DNA of 64,000 nucleotides from Heterodontus francisci (Eukaryota), in the NCBI RefSeq assembly GCF_036365525.1, contig NC_090375.1, positions 96,474,512 through 96,538,511 on the forward strand, in the 5' to 3' direction. The position numbers and the translations under genes are program-made. Below, in pieces: positions 25,899 to 38,379 of this stretch; positions within the stretch are counted from its first letter, which is position 1, and each line of letters begins with the position of its first letter. The notes below the pieces were generated by a model. That model was not told where the DNA came from. It saw nothing but the letters and a program-made list of their open reading frames with translations, and did no database searches.

Positions 25899-26404
25899 GT
25901 AATCTTCTCAGAACCGCCAGTGACAGGCAATGAATGACACATTTTCAGCATTATCCACAGCCCAAGAACAAATTTTTAAAAATGCAGCATACAGCAAGAT
26001 TCACCATGGCAATGAGATGAAAGAACTCTTTGGAGTAGAGTTTCCACAGGGACTCTCTTGATCTCCTACCATAACTTCAGCAGAAATCATAAATAAAGAT
26101 GTAATTGGCTGACAACTCCAGATCAAACCTTTTATCCTTGTGCCAAAACAATGCATATTATTGTAATAGCATAAGAAAGATTAAATAATACCTTATTGAA
26201 ATACAATCATACCTTTTATGCTAAAACCTGGAACTTAAAAAGTATACATAGTTTTATTTTTATACTTCATTATTTTAATAAGAGCTCCTGAAATAAAAAT
26301 AAATCTTGCATGGAGAGCACGCTTAGGGATTTCCTCAATGGTTTACTGACCTGCACAGATCAGGCAGGACCTAGGTTCAAACACGAATCAGTGCTGAGTC
26401 TACG

Positions 26405-26760
26405 TTTTAGTTTTAGTTTTAGAGATACAGCACTGAAACAGGCCCTTCGGCCCACCGAGTCTGTGCTGACCATCAACCACCCATTTATACTAATCCTACA
26501 CTAATCCCGTATTCCTACCACATCCTCACCTGTCCCTATATTTCCCTACCACCTACCTATACTAGGGGAAATTTATAATGGCCAATTAACCTACCAACCT
26601 GCAAGTCTTTTGGCTTGTGGGAGGAAACCGGAGCACCCGGAGAAAACCCACGCAGACACAGGGAGAACTTACAAACTCCACACAGGCAGTACCCGGAATT
26701 GAACCCGGGTCGCTGGAGCTGTGAGGCTGCGGTGCTAACCACTGTGCCACTGTGCCGCCC
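26405..26760 (-). mobile_element. HE1-like tRNA-derived V-SINE, full length
   Basis: GGGCGGCACAGTGGCACAGTGG head, GGTTCAATTC B box, CR1-like tail and (CTAAAA)n; 140 bp from kinase exon 1. Confidence 0.9.
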
Positions 26761-26899
26761 TGAGTTAGCTGATTTCAGCTGGTTTCAGCTGGTTGTATGA
26801 TATGAGTCTATATTTGGCCTTAACCTTCCTGGATTGCTACCAATTTCATGGTTCAAATGCAGCAGGTGAGATATTGTTTTACATGGGGTTAATACTCAC

Positions 26900-27372
26900 G
26901 ATTCTTCCTCCAAGCTCTTCTCTTTTGCAAGTATTTCGACAGGTACAAACCCAGAGCAGCAATTTTTGTGCTTGCATGATTCTCTAGAACCTTTCCAAAA
27001 TTTCTGAGTAAACCACCAATCCCCTTCTTTGCTGAGGATCTCCAGGCGCTCTCCTTTTCTCACGCTCAGCTCATCATGGGTCCTTGCCATATAATCAAAC
27101 TGTACTATATAAATCTCTGAGAAATGTGGAACTTCACTTCTGTCTTCCCTATTAATATCTGCATTTTCAGTACAACATGAGTTTTGTGCAGTCTGCTGAA
27201 CGGTGTTTGTTGCTGGGATGTGCAGTGGTCTAGCTTCGTGAGTACACTCTGCAGCTCCAGACCATTCATTTGTGGTCTGGCTTGTCAATCCTTGTGGCCT
27301 AACACTCTTCTCATCCTCCAAGGTGGAAAGATTTGCAGGATAGCTGAAACAACAACAGCATAGGACGGCCAT
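26900..27372 (-). CDS. PTK6: PTK6/BRK-family tyrosine kinase, coding exon 1 (unique N-terminus and SH3)
   Basis: ATG at 27372 in strong Kozak context (actATGg) with an upstream in-frame TAA. Encodes MAVLCCCCF...YIVQFDYMARTHDELSVRKGERLEILSKEGDWW...GFVP (SH3). Ends at TC|gtgagtat donor, phase 2. The symbol is a family-level call; it may be a divergent paralog. Confidence 0.88.
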
Positions 27373-27427
27373 AGTGCTGATGTGAATGAGTCTTTACAGC
27401 TCTTTGCCTTTGCAGAACTGCTTGTAC

Positions 27428-27547
27428 ATATATAGTTGCATTTTAAGCAAGTGGAAGTATAAGGTTGGAGTGAGGAAGTGCTTTTTACTTGAATGGGGAA
27501 TTCCTTTGTGGGTTTAAAATCATTTAGGATGTGTCATTTTCAAGGAA
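27428..27547 (-). promoter_or_regulatory. Putative proximal promoter of the kinase gene
   Basis: TATATAT (minus strand, 27434-27428) about 56 nt above the ATG. ETS cores GGAAGT at 27453 and GAGGAAGTG at 27472. kB consensus GGGGAATTCC at 27495-27504. GAS motif TTCAAGGAA at 27539-27547. Confidence 0.55.
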
Positions 27548-28763
27548 AAATATTTTTGTGCACATATAGTACAGAAGATTGGAAATCAAAAGAAGGAAAA
27601 CTAACATGCATTTGATATTGTAGTCTGCAAAGGTGGAAGGATAAGTTGATAAAAACGTAATAAAGGAGATATGGGGGCAATGTTCATCTGCCTACTGCTT
27701 TGTTCATGCTGGAAGCTGAAGTGAAAGGCGAAAGAGATTTTATTAAACAATGCTACTGCCCACTAGCTGTCTGACTCAATTTTCATACTGGAAATAAGAA
27801 GTCAGTGTTCCCACCTGAAACAGACAGGAGATTTATTTATTTAAATTTTATTCTTACAATGACTGTCAGAACCGAAAGCAAATTGCAGGCACCAATGGGT
27901 GGAGTGTGTGTCGAACAAGCTCAACCCAATGATATTGGACATGGTATGACACAATCAGCGGTCCTTACAGGGATCACAGCAGGCTGCTCCAAAAATGCTG
28001 CCAAAAGAACTGACGTATTAATTTTTATAGGGACAGGAAGTACAAGACTGCTCCTCCTTGATCTCTCCCTCTGTTGTCTGAGTGTGATGTCAAAGTTGAT
28101 GAACTCTGCAGATTTGTTGAAGAGCATGTCTGTGACCTATCGAATGGCAGCCCTGACTGGTCTCAGGTTGATGTTGCGCAGTACACTCATGTGCTGATCA
28201 GACACAATTTTCATGGGGCAGTGTGTGAGCTCCTCATACCCATTTCCACTGAAGGTATGGAGTGCTCTCCCGGCACACTTATAAGATAGAGAAGAACAGC
28301 ACCTCTGTTTTATAGGTGAATATCGCAGAGAATTTGTAGAATAAACATTTCTCGAGTGTTGGCAAAGTCTTGACAAAGTGTCCCAGAATGAATCCAAATG
28401 TGTTTCAGAGATACACAAGATTTTCAGTCATGGCCTGAAAATGTCTGGACAGGCCAACTTGTGGTGTGGCCTATTTGTCAGATTTATTTCCTCACCTTTC
28501 AGCATACAAAGATATTGTGATGCAAATTGCTGGAATTGCGAGCTGATAACAGGGCAGTGAGGTCAATGGAGCATCTGGGACATTGGTGAACAATGAGTCT
28601 AATAGTCTATCCCTTTGACCAATTACATTTAAGGATACAGAAAGAAACAGAGGAACATAGAGAAGAAAATATGGTGAAATAGCGTCAAATGAAAAATAGG
28701 AAGAAAAATAAAGTGAGGGGAAAAAGATTGGATTAAGAGTGAGAGAAAAAAAAAATTAAATTG

Positions 28764-29830
28764 TGTTATGGACAGTGGAAAGGGATGTGGGTGTTTCCCA
28801 CAGTTCACCTCCCAACTAACCACAATCATGTTTTGTTAAAATGATTCATTAGTCCCTGAGTGTCTTTTGGGTCAAATAAACAGATAAATGATAGGTTTCC
28901 TTGTAGGTTAAAAAGATAAGTATTTTTTACACAATTCCCGAAATGGGTTGTAACCTCACTCACACACATGCACAAAAATAAATAGATAGAGAGAAAAGGG
29001 TAGGATGTCACTTAAAGTCCAACGTGAGGTAAGTGTTGGTGGTTTACAGTAAACCTGTTGAATTTTCTCAGGAGGAATGATTTTTTAAAGGTGCAGGCCT
29101 TGATGTTTGTAGTCTTGAACTTGTTGAGGTGTTGTAGAGTTCTACTTGTTACAATTGAACCCAACGCTGATGGTGTGGATGTTATTACCTTCACAGATGG
29201 AGAGTCCCAAAAGTCACTTTGTGATGTCTCTGCTGTAGTTGCTGTTCCAGTTGTTCTTCTGCAGGGTTTTTCTTGCTTGGCTGGATTCTCTGGCTGGACT
29301 AGCTTTCTAAGGTGTTGGCTTGATCACCCCTCTCTCTCCAGAGGGCTACCTTTTAAAGATAAAAATCCATCACATTTGAGTTTCTATTAGGAGAACATGG
29401 CCCTCTCCCCTGGTGTAAGCGGACAATGGACCAGAATGTAGAAACCATGGCTATTGATTGATGTCTGAATGGGGACAATTCTGTTGACATGGTGCTACTT
29501 CACACCTATTCATTTTGGTTTGGGTTGTGAGTCAGTCTGTCTCCAGAATCCTTTGTTAGTTCATTCAAACTGATATGTTAATATGCAATAGTGTTCCTTT
29601 CAATTTCAAAGGGGTTCTCCCCAGAGCTATTTCAGACAAGTTTTATGAATTTCATCTTTACAGACAGGTTTGTTGATTTCTAGTACAGGAGGGATCACGT
29701 GACTGCTACTCCATTTTGACTGTAGTACAGGTATCCATGTTCTTGTGATTTTGTTTAACAGTTGACTTTTTAAATTCATATTTCTTCCATTTTATTGCTT
29801 ATTTCATCGAGCTTCCTTCCATGCATGACA
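28764..29830. mobile_element. Probable solo LTR, about 1.07 kb
   Basis: TGTTATG...CATGACA inverted termini; flanks attg/aatg (4-bp TSD with one mismatch); no recognisable coding content. Confidence 0.6.
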
Positions 29831-30446
29831 AATGTGAAAGGTTAAAACCTCAAGGAACAAAGGAGGAGTGAGACGTCAAGGGGTGAGACTCCACAATTTC
29901 TGGGTCTCTGAGGTTGAGTGGCATTTCAGGAACATATATCTTGTCATTAAAAGGATCTGTACATTGTTAGGCACCAGCTCTAACATCTGAGGTGACTTTA
30001 ATTTATTTCAGCAACTTAAGTGCAGCAATTTCTTGAAAGTCATTGGGAATCTTTGGAAGAGCCCACAATCCACTTCTGTGTTGTATTACGTGGTGACACC
30101 ACATCTGTAACAGCCACCTGTCTTGTTTAAATGACCACTGACATACTATATAGTACCTATATTTGCTGTGTGAGGTACAGAACAAACACAAGGAGGTCTA
30201 ATCACTTGTAGTCAATCGTGAGGATCTAACCCCTTACTCACAACAGGATCAGACGTGACAAAAGTTCAGTTGTGAAGCTACTTATTGAGACAAAGTCAGA
30301 ACAAGTTATTCAGTTTCATGCAATCTATGGCAATAAACTCGGGCAGTGATTTACAGTCTAACGTAGGCTATATACGTCCCACATTCATCCTGGACAGGGA
30401 GTGCACATCTTCCTTTGCAGCATTTAGTCTTCGAACTTCTCTTCTT

Positions 30447-30454
<8 letters not shown>

Positions 30455-30479
<25 letters not shown>
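30455..30479. repeat. (CT)n microsatellite
   Basis: About 12 CT units within a polypyrimidine tract. Confidence 0.9.
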
Positions 30480-31388
30480 ATCCAATGTCTTTGTTTTCAC
30501 GTCTCTGGTTCTCTCCACCGCATAAACCTGAACGGTAGAGTCTCTTTTATCCTGGCTCTGATCTAATTAACCCTCCGAGTGCCCAATCTTGTTCACCCCC
30601 ATAGCTATCGAGCCCTGTGCATGCCTTTCTTGACCAATCAGATATTTGTTAACATGGCTGTTGCCAACCTTACATAATTGCAGAATGCCTTTCATTACCA
30701 AACTATCTTATTCTCTCCTTCTCAAGGTCTTAACATCCTGTGCCTTTTTATCAACTTGAGAGAGAGCTGCTAGACAGTTCTCAGCCAGCTCTTCAAGGAT
30801 TTTTAGCTCCAGCTGCAGTGGGCTTGTTACAGTTTGACCCAATTTCTCATCGCCTCGAGACATTGTCATCTTTTGTATTATGCCCATTTTTCTACTATAT
30901 TATACTACAAGAGTTCTTTAGTAGGGTTAAATGTTTAAATATCTTACAACCCCTGCCCCCACCCTTGAGGGGAAGATATTCTTATTGATCCCTCATTAAT
31001 TATTTTTAAGCAAAGCTGCAAACTCTGAACTGTGTGTTTTGTGATTCATTTTTCATATTTAACATCTCAAATAACAAAGCATGATTATACCCATATGGAC
31101 AATAAAGGATTGGGCTAATAGCATAATCATAGAAAGTATTCAAAGCCATGGGTGCTGACTAACATTATATGCAGCCTCACATCAAGGATGTTCCCCTAAC
31201 TTCTCTATTTTCACCTGGGTCCTGTTGTTATTTTGTTTCATTCTTATGAGATGTTCCTGTGAAGTGGTAGTTCTTGTTATAATAGATTGGAAACTCAAAG
31301 ACAATGGGAGTATAGGATGTCTGAACAGTGCAATGGCTTTGAGGGCCTCACTCTGCATGGACAGATTGACCCTCAGTTCTATAATGTT

Positions 31389-32127
31389 GGGCTGAATTTT
31401 ACTCCACCCCAGCAGGTCAGATGGTGGTGTGGGGGCGATGTATAATTGAGCGGCAGGCTCCGGGAGGCCCACCCACCCCGCTTCTGCCTCCAGACAAGTG
31501 TATGGCGTTGGGCGGGGCGTGGGAAATGGCCCACCCACCCGAGGCCAATCAAGGCCCTTAAGTGGCCACTTAATGGTCACTTAAGGGACCCCACCTCCTC
31601 CACGGGTATTTTACCCGTGGCAAGTGGGTGTGCTGGGGACATGAAAGGCCGCCCAGTGATAGATGCCGGACTTTCCACGCCCCGGGGGGTGGGGACATGG
31701 CAGTCGGGCACAGGGTTCCCCATTGAGGGCTGTCCCTGCCTCCCAACTGACCCCTGGGACCCAAGACACCTCCCCTACCCCAAAACAACTACTCCAGCTT
31801 CACCAGGGAAGGACCGATCCACCTGGTGAGGCATGTCCCTACTTAACTTCCCTCCTCGATCCATGGCGTCGGCTGGGCTGCAGTCCCAGCAGTGGCCACC
31901 ACTCCCGGTGGTGCTGCTGGGACTAAGAGCTGCCAGCCCGCTGATTGGCCAGCAGCTCACTGAGGCGGGACCTCCTCCCTCAAGTAGGTGGAAGTCCCGT
32001 CTCGGGACAATTAAAGCCTGGGGACCCGTAAAATATGGGACGGATCTCCGGGCTAGGCAGAAGCAGGTTCACCACCGAATTTCCCATCAGAGTCCGGCTC
32101 CCGTCCATCCACTGTGAAATTCCGGCC
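31389..32127. mobile_element. PIF/Harbinger-like MITE
   Basis: GGGCTGAATTTT / GAAATTCCGGCC termini; gtt on both flanks. Confidence 0.75.
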
Positions 32128-33192
32128 GTTGTGTCCTCCTACCGGGGGTGCGACGTAATTACCTATTGCTGTTGTCTGTGTGGGCTTAAAACAGAAGGTT
32201 GACCATGGAATGGAGCACCGGTTACTCCCATGCAACATGACTAAGGCATTAGTTGCTACACAATAAGTCGCCATTCAGAGATACACATAGTTTCTTCATC
32301 ATTGTTTTCAGGGTTCTATTGCTCGTTTTCCGCCACTCCAGAATATGAGTAAATGCTTTCCCAGTAAAATGTGACCCTCGGTCACTGTAGACCTACAGTG
32401 GTACTCCCCACCTGCTAATCACCTCACTCATTAATGTTTTGAACTATTAGCACATAAGTACATAAAAATTAAAGTAACCAATCATGCATGGACTTAAAAG
32501 ATTCTCCAGCTCTCTCTTCACCTGTATCCACCTTGTGGATATTTCTTGCTAAGTATTAGACCTAGCCCTTAATTTTCTTAATCCAGGTTCCTTATCCCTC
32601 TTTATGCTAATTTTACTCCCTCTGACAAGTACCAGTATGTCGAATTCTTTCCTCGTTATTTTAAAGCTGGTTTCTCTCTCAATATCTTGATAATTTTTTA
32701 AAAATTGTCTCTCTCTACTGGCCACATTAAGCATTTCATGTTATCCTGTTGTCAAGTAACTGAGCATATCTGAGACGCGTTCTTCAGTGCATGTTAACCA
32801 TGCTTTCATCCATGTGAGTTACTTCATATGTGACAAATCACATCTGCACATTCACATTGGTATCCCAATATATAGCCACACATGTGCCATCTGATACAAA
32901 CCATTGTTGGACTTAGAGATAATCTTATCAAAAGATCAAGGAAGCCGGTGTCTGTCTGAGATCTTTGCTCATCTCCCCCTTCATGGTCCCAATGTCTTGG
33001 GTCGTGGCCAGACTATCAATGTCATTTACTTTAAAAAAATCGTAAGCAAGCATACAAATATCTCCAAAAGAAAACTATCAATTACAATTCTTAACTACAC
33101 TTCCATAACTCTTACTAAAATATACATGGATACCAGATTGATCTATCCTATTGAATATTCTCCATTTGGTAGTGTGATTTTTTTTTCCTATC

Positions 33193-33535
33193 TCGGCACA
33201 GTGGCGTAGTGGTTAGCACCAGAGCCTCACAGCTCCAGCGACCCGGGTTCAGTTCTGGGTACTGCCTGTGCTGAGTTTGCACGTTCTCCCTGTGACCGTG
33301 TGGGTTTCCGCCGGCTGCTCCGGTTTCCTCCCACAGCCAAAAACTTGCAGGTTGATAGGTAAATTGGCCATTGTAAAATTGCCCCTAGTGTAGGTAGGTG
33401 GTAGGAGAATGGTGGGGATGTGGTAGGGAATAAGGGGTTAATGTAGGAATAGTACAAATGGGTGGTTGTTGGTCGGCACAGACTCGGTGGGCCAAAGGGC
33501 CTGTTTCAGTGCTATATCTCTAAATAAATAAAAAA
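33193..33535 (+). mobile_element. HE1-like tRNA-derived V-SINE
   Basis: cggcacagtggcgtagtgg A box, gggttcagttc B box, tail gggcctgtttcagtgctatatctctaaataaataaaaa. Confidence 0.9.
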
Positions 33536-33827
33536 TCTATCTCTTGCCCTTAATCACTTGCTCTCATTCAGTTTTACACATCCCATTAGTTACCATTCAA
33601 TTTCATTCATGAGCCCTGAAGGAACTTTAGCATCCAATACAATCTTCTCATAATATCTTTAAAACTGAAATCAAACATTTCCACTTGATTCCAGGCATTA
33701 ACATATTATGTTTGTCTTGCGTCTGATGTTTTATCATTTCACAATTATCCCAAATTCAAATAGCAGTGTTGTTGGGCTGACAGATTTTGTCAATGTTTAA
33801 TTAATTTATCCCCCCCAAGAACTTCAT

Positions 33828-33938
33828 TTATTAACTTTGCTTCTCTCTCCACACATGCTGCCAGACTGCTGAGTATTTCCTGCACTTTTTATTTTTGTTT
33901 CAGATTTCCAGCATCTGCAGTATTTTGCTTTTATTTTA
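33828..33938. repeat. Penelope-like terminal repeat fragment
   Basis: Same sequence as 41375-41485 and 56704-56805 (..cagatttccagcatctgcagtattttgctttta). The Penelope assignment is inferred. Confidence 0.65.
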
Positions 33939-34904
33939 GGGTTAACCCCTCTGTTTGTTTTCAAGGGGAAAAGCAAAACATTCGCAGATGCATATAATTG
34001 CATCACTTTACATAAGTTTTTTTTAAAAACTTGACCGATGGAAAAAGAACCAAACTCCAAACTAAACTCCATTTTAAACAGTTTTTGTCCAAATCCTTTT
34101 TGTATCTTTTCTTCAACTTTGCCCAAATTTATCCTTAGGGATTGAAAACAACAAAAATCATTTGTAGCATTATCAAGTTCAAAGGATACTATTTCCATCA
34201 GGGAAGAGAGTATTTTAGAATAAACTCCAATTGTTTCCAAACTTTTAACTTCTTTTGTAACAGGTTTCTAACCCAAGGATTGTTTTTGGTACAACCGAGA
34301 TGTATAAACAACCAGAATTACCTCAAATGGGAGTGTGGAATTTGAGATCAGCCATGATCTTACTGAATGACGGAGCAGGTTAGAGAGGCCGAATGGCCTA
34401 CTTCTGCTCCTAATTCGTATGTGCTTATGTTCGTAAATATCCCAAATTCCAATCCAGACCATTAAGCATCTAAATTTCAAAACTGCCAAGCTTTAGATGT
34501 GTCAGCCTTATTATCTAGAATTAAAGGCCCTTGTATGGAGAGATTCTGAATCCAGAAGGAGATGATTAAAAAGTATGAGTTCTAAAGAACCAGACATAGA
34601 TCATCACAACCTCTGCAGGATACCAAGTTCCCGACGCATTATTGAGGACTCTGACTTTCTGTCCTGCTCACAATTGAGGTAATTCTGGTCCTGTTTGTAG
34701 TATAAAGGTCAGTGTGTAAAGAATACCTCCTACTATGATGTTGTAAGAGATCACATGTGAGAGAGATTTGAAGCTAGATGTAGTGTGGCTTTTGGTGGAG
34801 TCACACAGACTTGTGTGAAGATGTATATAATTCTAATATAATAAATACAAATGTTCTAACTAACCCAGACTGAAGCATCTCTATCAGCTAGACTAAGTAA
34901 GGTT

Positions 34905-35352
34905 CTTCTTCTTTCTTCTTTGGCCTCCTTGTTTTGGGAGACAATGGGTAAACGCCTCGAGGTGGTCAGTGGTTTGTGGAGCAGCGCCTGAAGTGGCTAT
35001 AAAGGCCAATACTAGAGTGACAGACTCTTCCACAGATGCTGCAGATAAAATTGGTTGTCAGGGCTGTTACACAGTTGGCTCTCCCCTTGCACTTCTGTCT
35101 TTTTTCCTGCCAACTGCTAAGTCTCTTCGATTAGCCACACTTTAGCCCCGCCTTTATGGCTGCCCGCCAGCTCTAGCGATCGCTGGCAACTGACTCCCAC
35201 GACTTGTGATCAATATCACAGGACTTCATGTCGCGTTTGCAGACGTCTTTAAAGCGGAGACATGGACGGCTGGTGGGTCTGATACCAGTGGTGAGCTCAC
35301 TGTAAAATGTGTCCTTGGGGATCCTGCCATCTTCCATGCGGCTCACATGGCC
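34905..35352 (-). mobile_element. RTE/BovB-like LINE 3' fragment inserted in the 5' LTR
   Basis: GHVSRMEDGRIPKDTFYSEL..RPCLRFKDVCKRDMK; (AAG)n tail; exact 10-bp TSD aagtaaggtt (34895-34904 and 35353-35362). Confidence 0.9.
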
Positions 35353-37161
35353 AAGTAAGGTTGCAGCGTACCAAACCAACATACAACATGGTGATCAGCA
35401 GTGAGATTGAGACCAACGAGGGTACCTTCCAGGCTACACCCAGGAGAAGAATTTGAAAATGTTCAAGAAGGTGACCTGAAAAAACAAGATCCAAAACTGC
35501 AGGACTCAAGAGGAGGCTGTAGAAAAGCTCCAGGACTCAAGACACAGAGAACTGGAGAATCAGTGGTAGAAACCTGGTCTGGTGAGCACAGGCTTGACTC
35601 AGAGAGCCAAGAACAGTTCGTGTATCTGGTGAGCTACCCTGAAAGAGGGTAAAAAATCCATCCATAATGGTATTAGGCAGGCAGCACCGGGTAAGTCCAT
35701 AGTGAGGACTGATCTGAGGTTGGCGTCATTACACATGGCATCTGGAGAAAACAAAAGCAAGCAACGAAGCTGCAAATTTTTGATTCGCTATGGGAAGAGA
35801 GTTAAAAGAGATAGCAATAAAGCTATATAACATAGTTAAAATAAGGAAGGAAGTAATCCTTAGTCTTGTGGAGATTTTGTAAACTGAAACAGCCATAGTG
35901 GGAATCAACGCAGAGTTGAGAAAAAAGCGTAGGCAACTTCCGACACTGGAGGGAAGAACCTGAAAGTGAAGGCAAAACTAATTAAAGCAATGGAAATTAG
36001 AAATTAGATTCTCAACTCCAGAGAGATTTGGAGACATAGAAGGACCAAATCAAACCCAAAATGGGTCATTTGGTGAAAAAGGTTCCTCAGATACAGAATA
36101 GCTTCTAAATTGGACAGTCAGTTTGAGACAGAACAAGTTAACACGTCATTCTATTCAATGGATGCTATAGCAGATGATATAATTGCAAGACAAGGTATTA
36201 ATGAAACTTCTGCCAAATTTGAAGAAATTTTAAAAGTTTTTGATTCTTAATTAATTTGTGGAGCAATAAGATTTTTGAAAGAGCAACGTTCAACAGAAGG
36301 GTCCAGAAACCGGGTGGAACAATTGATTCTTTCATCAATGACCTATACAGGCTTGCAGAAGGATATGAATATGGAGACCTTAAAGCAGAATTGATAAGAG
36401 ATCACATTGTTGTAGGCATTGCTGATGAATCCCTATCAGATCTATTGCCGTCTAAAGAAGACTTCACCTTGGACAAAGCTATACAGCTGGTGACACAAGG
36501 AGAGATCTGGAAGAACAACAGATCAATCCTGAGAGGTGAAGAAAGACCTTGGTTCAGGAAACCTCCAGCAACCGTACAGGTCCTTAACTAGAAGGCTGTG
36601 GATGACGCACCAGGAGGAACGGTACACTGCGAGGGGGAAGCAAAAGATGCCATTAAACCCTGCCAGTGCTGTGGCACCAAAGGTAACCATAGATGTAAAC
36701 AGTGTCCTGCAAACAAAGCAGAATGCTTCCCACTGTTAAAAAAAAAGGGCATTTTGGTAAAATGTGTCAGACAAAAAATCTACTTCCACAGGTGCAAAAG
36801 AAAAAACATTTAAGAATAAAGCAGTCAACGAAATTAAGGAAACCTTCTTCAGAAGAGCAACCAATATACTTTCTTGGAGAGATCAATGATCCTGGTCAGG
36901 CATTTGGTCTGCAGACATATATGTCAACTGACATATCACTAATTTTAAACTCGACACTGGAGCGAGTGTAACGATCTTAAAAAGCTATGGTTATCAACAC
37001 ATTTTCCACAACCAACAGAAACCCAATTACATTTGTATTTCTGTAGACTTAACTCAACTTAGTAAGGCTGTGACTGTGGAAGATTTTGTTTTATCCATCT
37101 ATCAATTGGTATCATGTCAGCACCGGAAATATTCCCGAGAATGGCGTTGAATAATCTACAG

Positions 37162-37635
37162 TAAAGGCCTACTTAGGTAGGGAAAAAGAAACCGACCCGA
37201 ACCCGACCAATCCACAGTGGACCTGAGCCCGACCCGGCCTGAGTCCCTCCAATTTTGCCCTGAGCCCGACCCGACCTGAGTCCGACTCGACTCGACCCAA
37301 CCCGAGCCTGATCCGACCATCCCTTTACTTACCTTCTGACTGGGAAGCTCCACGAAGCTGCAGCGCTTGCACGATGACGTCATAGTGACGTCACTCACTC
37401 ACTGCGCAGACTCAGTTTCGTCCCGGACTCCCAACTCAGGTAAGTTTTTTATTTTTAATACTTACCAGCAGAGCACTTACCCTGTGTGTCCGGCCTGACC
37501 TGACCCGAGCCCAAGCCGGACTTGGCCCGACCCGACCCGCGCCGAAAGTCGGACCCGGAAGAGGGGCCCGACCCGACCCAAACCCGACACATGTCATCGG
37601 GTTCCGTCAGGTTCGGGTTGGATAGCAGGTCTTTG
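37162..37635. mobile_element. hAT-like MITE with ACCCG/CCGAC subterminal repeats, inserted in Gypsy pol
   Basis: TIRs TAAAGGCCTACT / AGCAGGTCTTTG; arrays of ccgacccga; degenerate 8-bp TSD atctacag/tgctacat. Confidence 0.65.
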
Positions 37636-38379
37636 TGCTACATGGCCTTGAAGGTATAATCTGCCATATGGATGACATTTTAGTTCATGGAGAGTCCATA
37701 AGTGAACATAACCTAAGAGTTAGAGCAGTTTTGAAACATCTGCAGGACGAAGGACTAACACCCAATGAGAAGTGTGAGTTTTCAAAAAGTGCATTCATTT
37801 TTTAGGACGCATTGTCAGCTGTAGTGGCATAAAAGCAGACTCACAAAAGATGAGAGCCATCAGCAAATTTCCACTTCCTACTTCGATTCATGATTTTCAA
37901 CAGTTTCTTGGCATGGTCAATCAGCGGGCAAAATTCCTACCTAATTTAGCACTAGTTACTGAGTCTTTACCACAACGATTAAGAAAAGTTCAAGCATGCT
38001 AAGCTAGGATGCACATCAACAACAAGCATTTCAAAGGATCAAGCAGATGCTGATTTTGACGGATGTCTTTATAATCATTATAATCCATCACTTCCAACAA
38101 CTATTGTGGCTGACACCTCATTTTCAGGGATAGGGGCAGTCCTTTTCCAAGAACATCCAGATAGAAGTCGAAGACCTGTTTATTATGCGTCACAAGCATT
38201 GTTCACCACAGAGAAGAGATAAATCACAACAGAGAAAGAAGCTCTCGCAGTCACCTGCGCCTGTGAGAAGTTTTCAGACTACATTATAGGTTTAAAGATT
38301 GTCATAGAGACAGACCACAAACCCCTAGTTTCCTTACTTGATGAAAAAGAACTTGCTAAGATGCCTCCACGGATCCAGA

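Noticed and set aside
27805-28560. Cluster of short ORFs upstream of the kinase
   Set aside because: No recognisable domain or consistent splice signals; may be an ancient repeat.
33193-33270. tRNA-like sequences here and at about 10100-10167, 26690-26760 and 50162-50255
   Set aside because: They continue into SINE or LINE bodies with no downstream Pol III terminator, so they are element heads rather than tRNA genes.
37185-37620. Short ccgacccga repeat array resembling a CRISPR or satellite
   Set aside because: Irregular units with no unique spacers, bounded by TIRs; best explained as subterminal repeats of a hAT-like MITE.
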